Both the position numbers and the translations under genes were made by a program. A DNA stretch of 64,000 nt. Origin: Diplonema japonicum. Its lineage: Eukaryota; Protista; Euglenozoa: Diplonemea. Where the stretch lies: NCBI GenBank assembly GCA_964019335.1, contig OZ025748.1, positions 62,001 to 126,000 on the forward strand, in the 5' to 3' direction. Positions 56,475 through 64,000 of this stretch are shown here, piece by piece. Numbering within the stretch: position 1 is the stretch's first letter; each line of letters starts with the position of its first letter. The notes below the pieces were generated by a model. It did no database searches, was not told where the DNA came from, and was given only the letters and a program-made list of their open reading frames with translations.

Positions 56475-57758
56475 ATGCAAGCGAAGGGTCTCGTGTTTGT
56501 TCTGTTCGTGGCAGCGGCAACTGGGAGCAGTGTGAAGTGTAAGCTTGACATCGCCACGGCGACCGCAGACCTCGCAGCTGCCTCGAAAGGAATCGAGAAG
56601 GCTGTGAAGGCTTGCACGGCCAATGTGACATCCGCTGACTGCACAGCTGACATCAAAGCAACCGAAACATCTTTGAACGCAGCCTCCGCCGAAATGGAAA
56701 AGGCAGCACAAGACTGCTCCACCGCCGGATCACAATGCCAAAAGGACCTCGAACAAATCGCAGGTGCCATCAACTCCGCACTTCTAAGTCTGGAATCTGC
56801 GGGTTCCGACTGTTCAAAGGGAAACACCACCGCATGCATCACTGACATTACAAAAGTCGCAGCAGACCTGTCAACCGCTGTCATTGGAACAATCGATGCT
56901 GACAAGGATTGCGGGAGTAACAACACTCTCTCTGAACAGGGAAGTGTGAAGTGCAAGCTTGACATTGCAACTGCAACTGCCGATCTTGCAGGTGCTGCTA
57001 AAGACGTTAAAAAAGCAGCTGACGACTGTAAAAACAGCACAAGCCCTGCTTGTCTTGCTGACATCAAAGCGTTGGAAAACTCGCTGAACTCCGCTGGTAA
57101 CGCAATGTCATCCGCAGCAGCTGACTGCACGGAAGCAGGTTCTCAATGCCAGAAGGATGTTGAAGCAGTTGCAACCGCTATCAACAACGCTCTCCACGAG
57201 CTGGAGGCTGCCGGTGCTGCTTGTTCGTCTGGTAATGACACAGCTTGTTTGTCGGATTTGACTAAAGTTGCCTCTTATCTTGCTAGTTCCGCCGTCGAAA
57301 TTGTTGACGCTGAGAAAGACTGCAAGAACTCTACCCTGACAACCAGCGTCAAATGCAAGCTCGACATTGCCACCGCCACCGCTGATCTCACCGCTGCCGT
57401 GAAGGATATTGGAAAAGCCGCTGACTCTTGCAAACAGAACGTCACATCTACAGCTTGCATTGCAGACATTAAATCGACGGAGTCCGCGCTTAACGGTGCC
57501 TCCGGTGAAATGGAGAAGGCGGCACAGGACTGTGCTGTTGCTGGTTCCGATTGCCAGAAGGATCTTGAGGGTGTGGCGTCTTCCATCAATTCTGCCCTTT
57601 TGAGTATTGAGGATGCGGGGTCCGACTGTACAAAGGGCAACACTACTGCATGTGTGTCCGATCTCACTCACGTGGGTGCCAGCCTTGCTAGCGCCTCCAT
57701 CGATATGATTGATGCTACGAAAAGCTGTTCGAAGAATGGGACAGTAGTGGCTTTTTAG
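56475..57758 (+). CDS. Secreted Cys-rich protein with three ~135-aa tandem repeats
   Basis: Signal peptide; three units starting SVKCKLDIATATADL, each with 8 Cys; no hydrophobic tail. Confidence 0.85.
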   Translation: MQAKGLVFVLFVAAATGSSVKCKLDIATATADLAAASKGIEKAVKACTANVTSADCTADIKATETSLNAASAEMEKAAQDCSTAGSQCQKDLEQIAGAINSALLSLESAGSDCSKGNTTACITDITKVAADLSTAVIGTIDADKDCGSNNTLSEQGSVKCKLDIATATADLAGAAKDVKKAADDCKNSTSPACLADIKALENSLNSAGNAMSSAAADCTEAGSQCQKDVEAVATAINNALHELEAAGAACSSGNDTACLSDLTKVASYLASSAVEIVDAEKDCKNSTLTTSVKCKLDIATATADLTAAVKDIGKAADSCKQNVTSTACIADIKSTESALNGASGEMEKAAQDCAVAGSDCQKDLEGVASSINSALLSIEDAGSDCTKGNTTACVSDLTHVGASLASASIDMIDATKSCSKNGTVVAF

Positions 57759-58422
57759 AGAAAAAAGAAAAAGAGAAAAAAAAAAAAAAAAAACTAATTC
57801 GTCGTTTTTTTTTTTTTCTTCTTCTTCGTCCTTCCCTCCTCCCCCTGCCACGTCAGAAAGAAAGAGAACAAAAAAAAAAAAATATGATTGGCTTCGTGCA
57901 AAGGGAGAACGTGCCGTCGTTTTATCGTTCCGCTCGCACCCCTCCCTTCCATATCCCCCCTCCCCCCTCCCCCCCCACTCGTGGAAAAAAGATAAAGAAA
58001 AAAAAGGGGGGGGTAAACCTCTTTTTATCGTTTTCGTTCCTTGTTGGGAAGAGAGAGAAGAAAAAAATTGGAGGAAAATGCCACACCCTCAGAAAGAGGT
58101 GCAGTGTTGTTGTTTCTCTCGGGGGGGGATAGGGAGGGGGTGAAAAAAAAAGAGAAAAAAACCGAGAAGCAAAAAAAAAAAAGAAGGAAAAAAAAAAAAA
58201 AAAAAGCCATATGGCTCGGTATACATCTTTTTTTCATCTTCTTTCTTTTTTTCCTTTTTTTTTTCTACCCCTTCCTCTCCTCTTTTCTCTCTTCCTTTAC
58301 CAACAAAAAAAAAAAACTTCCCACACACACATCCCCATTTTCCCCTCTCCCACGTTCATTCTCAAAAAAAAAAAAAAAAAAAATTGTTCAAAGGGGGTAT
58401 TTTAAAAGAAAAAAAAAATCTC

Positions 58423-60530
58423 ATGAAAAATATCATGTGGTGCCTGGCAGCAGTGCTGTTGCCCGCCTTTATAATATCCGCGGAGGGGGGTACCGTGGGT
58501 GAGACTGTGCAAGGGACACGGGTGGACGATGACACAGTGATGATAGACGGCTTCTTATACAGCAGAATGGCAACAAACATAACGGATGACGACAAAGGCA
58601 TGGAGGTAGGCAGCGGAGCATGGATCGCAAATGTGGGAATCGTCGTGGGCTGTGTAACGATGGCCGCACTGGCAGCCGGTTTGACCCTAAGTATAGGAAG
58701 CATTGACGGCCTGCGACTAGAAGTCATCATGAAAGCTGCTGAGTACTACCGCCAACACAACGCAGAAGCTAAACAAGAAGAAGCGCTTGTTATTATGGAC
58801 GATGCGAAATACGCTTCAAAACTCATTCCTTTAATCAGCGGTCCTCTCGATTCTGCGACCGAAGAACGCGGGAACCAGTGGTGGTGGTCGCACCATCTTG
58901 TTCTTGTGACATTGTTGGTGTGCAACTCCGCTGCAAACGAGATGCTTCCGATTTTTTTGGACAACCTTGTCCCGTCGTGGATGGCGGTGGTGCTGTCGGT
59001 AACTTTCGTTTTGTTCTTCGGCGAGATTATACCATCGGCGATTTTTACAAACCCGGCGCAAAAACTTCCAATGGCGTCGAGAATGGCACCGTTGATGTCG
59101 ATTCTTGTAGCAATAGCCTACCCGATTGCGTACCCTATTGCAAAGCTACTTGACGCGATTCTCGGCCACGCCGATGAACCGTTTAGAAAAGAAGAACTCC
59201 GCGCGTTGATAACCATGCACGGTGAGAAAACCGCTAGAAGCGATTATTGGAAGGGCAAAATATTCATAACCCCGGTTCCGTCAAACGATTACGACGCCCC
59301 ACGCGACGAGGAAGCACAGCGTTTGTTAAAAACCGAAACACAACATGACAGCAACGCGTCTGTTCAGAGCGGTTGTGTGACGGCTTCGGAAGCGGTGTTT
59401 TCAAGAACAACCGGGGAAGAGTTTGGAGAATGGTTGGCGAGGTTAAAAATCCCTGCAGACCTCGGATACGAAGTAGAACGCGAATCTCGTTCAGAAGAAC
59501 GCCGCGGCCACGGCACGGAAATCGCGTGGATCAACGTCGACACCAAACCCAACGCGGAAATTCTCGTAAAAATCCTCAATGAAAACTCCTCAAACTTGCT
59601 AAACGACTGGATCAAGGTAACCGCCAAAACAGCTCCCCAAGAAGAGGTAAAATTCCAATGTCTAGACAAACACGAAGTAGAAATCATCAATGCCGTCTTC
59701 GATCTCGATTTGAAACGAGTTGGCGACGAAGCGCGCCCCATCCATAAAGTGTTTATGCTTCCCGACGATTCCATCCTTACCCCGTCCATCCTGCAACTTA
59801 TAGACAGCAACGGATATTCACGTGTTCCGCTACACCACACTCTGACCGTCTCCCTGTCGAAGGATTCTTACACGGGATTCGGATTGCTAATGAACGACAC
59901 CCTCGATGTTAAATCGGTGACAGATCCTGTGGAGGAAAAAGGTGTTCGTGTAAATGTTTCGTCGCGTGTTCTCGAGGTTGACGGGGTGCCGGTTACCACA
60001 ATCGAGGATTGGAACCTAGCTGTTAAAGATAAAATAGATATTGTTGTGAAAATCGGGGAGAGAGGGGTTATAACCGGGGTGTTGCGAACAAAATCCCTGG
60101 TAACGAACATTCGCCCTGACTGTGAGGTATCGGAGAAATCGAGTTCTGAGATGATCGCTGTGAGGCCGTCAACACCCCTAAACGTCATTCTTGATAAGTT
60201 TCAACGAACGAAAAAACATCTTGCAATCGTTACGGACGATCCGATGTCTTGCAGAGAGTGCTGGCTCACCGGCAATGTTGAGCCTTTCAGAGCAGCGAAC
60301 GTAACATGCTACGGGATTATCACCATGGAAGACGTACTCGAGGAGATTGTAGGGGATATTGAAGACGAACACGACGGTACGAAAAAAGCCCACAGAATGT
60401 CTCGAAACATGCTACGGCTCTCTCGTGCGTTGTCGATGGCCAAGAAGACGAAAAGCAACACGGCCACAAGCTTGCTCTCGCCCACAGTTGGTGCCTCTGC
60501 TCCTCGGACTACCTCTATGCACAATTTTTA
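58423..60530 (+). CDS. CNNM/DUF21 + CBS-domain membrane protein with PDZ-like insertion
   Basis: AGLTL...SID, H.VLVTLL.CN..A.E.LPIFLD, LFFGEIIP, YPIAKLLD, GYSRVP, GIITMEDVLEEI. Confidence 0.9.
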
Positions 60531-61865
60531 AAAAAAAAAAAAAAAAAAAAAAGAAGAAGAAGAAAAAAGAGCTTTGGGAAGAGGGATTGCATTGGGATTA
60601 TATTTTGCGGAAGACGCTTTGTGTTATGTCCTTTTTTTTTCCCTTCCCCCCCCATTATATGTTGGCATGGTAAAAAAAAAAAAAAAAAGAAAAAAAAAAG
60701 AATGCGTTTTCCAAAAGAATTTTTTTTTGGGAGATTTTTTTTCTTCTTCTTGTTTTCTTAGGGGGGGCTTTCAACACTGGCGCCCTTTTATCTTATTTTT
60801 CTTTTTTTTTAAATCTCCTCCGAGTGATTTGCCTATTCTGCAGTGAGAAAAAAAAAAAAACACTTTACAACGGAAAACGCAAGGTTTTCCCTAAATATTT
60901 GGGGGGGGGGGGAAATAAGGAAACGGAAATATTTTCCGTTTTTTCTACCAACATAGCCCCCCCCCCCCCCCCCCCCATATTAGGGTTTTTTGTTCTTTCC
61001 TCTCACCCCTGTCCCCCACATAATGTGTGCGTTTTCTTTTTGTAGTGTGTTTCTCTGTCTCTCCCGCATATTCTTTTTTATCGATGAATGAAAATTCTTC
61101 ACTAACTTTTTTTTTTTTTTTTTTTTTAGGGCGGCCCTCCATGAGGGGGTTTGTCCTGCACTTTGAGTTTTTTTTTTTAGAAACACTTCATGTGAACACA
61201 CTCCTTGAGCGGGAAAAGAAAAAGAAACCCTCCCCCTCTCCTGTCAGAAAATGAAAAATAAAAAAGGAGTATTTTGAGGAGTACGCTTAAAAGAATACTG
61301 TAAAACAAAAAATGCCGGACGGACAAACTCCTTTTTTTTTTGTTTTTTTTTTTGTTTTGAAACTTAGTTTACCTATCTCCGACCACATTAAAAAAAAAAA
61401 AATGTGGACATCCAAAAATGTTTTGTTCAATTTAGCGGACGCCCCCCCCCCCCCCTCCCCAGAAAAGAAACACCGTATTACTCCCACCTATATAATGAGG
61501 CTAGCAGGTGTCCCATCGTCATTATGTGTCTTGCTGTGGTATATACCCCGTATTTTTTTTTCTTCCCAGAGATCTAGGCTATTTCGGTGGCATTTACTCA
61601 CCTTTCAACTGCTTGAATATGGCGGGGGGGGGGGGGGGGGGGGAGAGAGAGAGGCAAAAAAAAAAGGTTGGAAATCCTCCCGCGAAGGCAGAGGTTTTTT
61701 TTATTTTATTTCTTGTTTTTCTAAAGAAAGGGAAGAAAAAAAAAAGGGGGGACACGAAAATCTTTGTGATGATATTTTGTGTGGTTTTTATTTTTTATAT
61801 TTTTTGAAAACGATACCTGACGGTCATTACCCTAAGGGGAAGGGAAAAAAAAAAAAAAAAAAAAA

Positions 61866-62774
61866 ATGCAAACTGAAACCACAGCGAAAGTAACAGCGTG
61901 TTTGGGCGCCGCGGGGAGTTTGTATTTTGGTTACAAATTCGTGAGGAAATGTTTAGAAGGAAGGGAGATGGACAGATACACTGAAGGTTGTGTGGCAGCC
62001 TCTAAAATTTACACAAAGGTCGGTGTCGGGGCCGGCGCGGTACTCGCCGGAGCGAAACTGTGGGAGGTCCTACCAAAAGGTGTCGTTCCTGTCTGGGTGG
62101 TCGGCCTAGCAGCACCGATCCCTTTCGCGATGTACGGTCTAAAACACAGAAAAACCGTCTTCACCATCCACAACAACACAGAATACGGTGCAGGCCTCCT
62201 CATCGGTTGCAGCCTGGGTGGGTACTTCCTCGGCCCATTCGTCAAAATCGCAAAAGATTTACGTGTTCTCCACCCTTGGATGATCCTTACAACTTCAATC
62301 TTAGCTGGGCATATTATCTCAGCCAACGCATCTGTAAACCCGCTGGAGGCTTTGCTTCAGTGTTCACCCGCGTCACTCTCTCTTGCTTCATCCCTCGGGT
62401 ACTTAATCCTCGGTCCTGAACAAATGGCGCTCTATGGGGAAGCCATGCTTCAAGTCCAGGTGGTTGGTTCTGCGTTGCTCTCAGCGCATACTTACTGGTG
62501 TCTTCACGTAGGGAACCCCCTTCATTTCGATATCAACACGCACGCTCTTGGTATTCTTGGTGTGGGGGTGTACACGTCGTGGGCGTTGCTCAGAATGGTT
62601 ATTCGCACGATGACGGTGCCCTTCCAAGCAGCGATGGAGAAAAACAAGTACACCAAGTACTTCGCGGAGGGGGCCTCCGGTGCAGCGCTTTTCGTAGCTT
62701 ACATTATTTTGAGCAAGCTCGCGATTGTCACAAAACAGCTCAGTATGCATGAGAAGATCAACATTGACATTTGA
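61866..62774 (+). CDS. Hypothetical multi-pass membrane protein (weakly BI-1/GHITM-like)
   Basis: ATG after an A-run; several hydrophobic segments; family resemblance only impressionistic. Confidence 0.65.
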   Translation: MQTETTAKVTACLGAAGSLYFGYKFVRKCLEGREMDRYTEGCVAASKIYTKVGVGAGAVLAGAKLWEVLPKGVVPVWVVGLAAPIPFAMYGLKHRKTVFTIHNNTEYGAGLLIGCSLGGYFLGPFVKIAKDLRVLHPWMILTTSILAGHIISANASVNPLEALLQCSPASLSLASSLGYLILGPEQMALYGEAMLQVQVVGSALLSAHTYWCLHVGNPLHFDINTHALGILGVGVYTSWALLRMVIRTMTVPFQAAMEKNKYTKYFAEGASGAALFVAYIILSKLAIVTKQLSMHEKINIDI

Positions 62775-62959
62775 GGGGGGGGGGGGGGGGGGAAATACGC
62801 GGGGGGGACGGGGTAAATATCTAACCTTAAAGGGATAGTCGCTTGATGGCCTATTTTTTTTTTTTGTTAGTGTTTTTTTTTTTTTTTCTTTGTTCCCAAA
62901 AAAAAATTCCCCCCCCAAAAAAATTTTTCAGGGAGGTGGGGAAAAAAAAAAAAAATCCA

Positions 62960-64000
62960 ATGCAAAAGCTACACGTGACACCCCTCAAGCTTGATGAAGG
63001 CGACGGCGACATGCCAACGGTACGCCAGGAGGACGACGGGTTGAGGTGCTTCGACGTGTCCGAAAATTTCATCGTGACGGGGTCAAACATGGGCGTGGTG
63101 TCCATCTACGACAGGGGCCAACGCGTGCTGTTGGGAAAATACAGCAATAAGGAAAGCATTCCACCGAGCGTGAGCACCGCCGTGGCGGCAGTATGCCACG
63201 TGGCGATATCACCGGACGAAGGCCGAATCTGCGCAGTCTTCGACACAGCAGGTGTTGCAGTGGTAACCACCTCCGGTCTTTCAAATCACAATCTATCAAT
63301 GCCGCTTCATCACCACACAATGCACGGAACCGAAGTAACATGTATAGCATGGGCAGCTGACAGAATTTTCACAGGGGACAAAGGAGGTTACGTCATCGCA
63401 ATGCAAAACACTCACGGCGACGCTGCCGTCGCTCTTCGCGAAGAGTGCGCGTTGGTTCAAATTTCAATTAAACAAAAAACCGCCGCTGTGTCCACACTGC
63501 GCCGCACGATAATGGTCCGGATAACAGACACCCCCGCACCAGGCGTGCAGGTAGGCGGACAATTAAGAGAAGGCGTTTACGGTGGTTGCTTAGCACACGG
63601 CTTCATCTACGCTTCCCGACCCCGAAAAGATTTCGACGCCAGAATCTGGAAAGCCGAACCCGAATCTGGTTCTGTAAAGAAAACTCTTATGTTCCGGCAC
63701 GTCCCAGACGTCGATTCAGAAAGAATTGTTGTAACCGGATGTTCATTTGATCTCAACGGGGTTTACGATAAAGTAGGAACGCACGACGGGAAGGCAAAGT
63801 ATAAACGACACGATGGTGGTGCCACATTATACTCCACAGCGGGTCTGTGGGCAGCAACGGATTCTTCTAAAAAAAAAGTTTTGTTGAAAACAGATGATCA
63901 TGGCGGCAGTGACGTTACACAGATGACGACATGGCAGGAGCTCCAACCGGACGAAAGCTACGCGCTTAACAAAACTGTGAAAGTCTACGATGAGATGTAC
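62960..64000 (+). CDS. TECPR2/HPS5-like WD40 protein, 3'-partial (absent from the ORF track)
   Basis: Own translation: CFDVSENFIVTGSNMG, VTCIAW..RIFTGDKGG, QVGGQLREGVYGGC, IYASRP...RIWKA...GSVKKT; frame appears open to the window end. Confidence 0.75.
   Translation, partial: MQKLHVTPLKLDEGDGDMPTVRQEDDGLRCFDVSENFIVTGSNMGVVSIYDRGQRVLLGKYSNKESIPPSVSTAVAAVCHVAISPDEGRICAVFDTAGVAVVTTSGLSNHNLSMPLHHHTMHGTEVTCIAWAADRIFTGDKGGYVIAMQNTHGDAAVALREECALVQISIKQKTAAVSTLRRTIMVRITDTPAPGVQVGGQLREGVYGGCLAHGFIYASRPRKDFDARIWKAEPESGSVKKTLMFRHVPDVDSERIVVTGCSFDLNGVYDKVGTHDGKAKYKRHDGGATLYSTAGLWAATDSSKKKVLLKTDDHGGSDVTQMTTWQELQPDESYALNKTVKVYDEMY

Overview
Eukaryotic nuclear DNA, most likely a euglenozoan and probably a diplonemid. 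This is an inference from a BILBO1-family gene, receptor-type adenylate cyclases, strictly unidirectional genes, and canonical cis-introns, which argue against trypanosomatids. All ~26 credible protein genes and all retroelement remnants lie on the + strand, separated by A/T/G/C homopolymer-rich spacers. Left part: TSNAXIP1-like, BILBO1-like, a membrane pseudo-PP2C/pseudo-cyclase/kinase fusion, a Crypton-like tyrosine recombinase relic, a 5'-truncated non-LTR retrotransposon, ALKBH6, mitochondrial carrier, ABCB half transporter, acyl-CoA ligase, DNAL1, 5-exon Rab5, GNAT and a two-sensor receptor adenylate cyclase. Middle (31.0-54.3 kb): a tandem array of 11 intact genes plus 1 pseudogene for an unrecognised Cys-rich, signal-peptide/GPI-type surface protein family. 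It has conserved ends, a hypervariable core and patchwork gene-conversion tracts. Right part: RidA, a secreted triple-repeat Cys protein, a CNNM with a PDZ-like insert, a membrane protein and a partial TECPR2/HPS5-like gene. Best candidates for an undescribed system: (1) the mosaic variant surface-protein array, and (2) a non-LTR retroelement family whose copies end in T-runs rather than poly(A) and sit in T-tracts in one orientation. Family assignments are from motif recall, not database searches.
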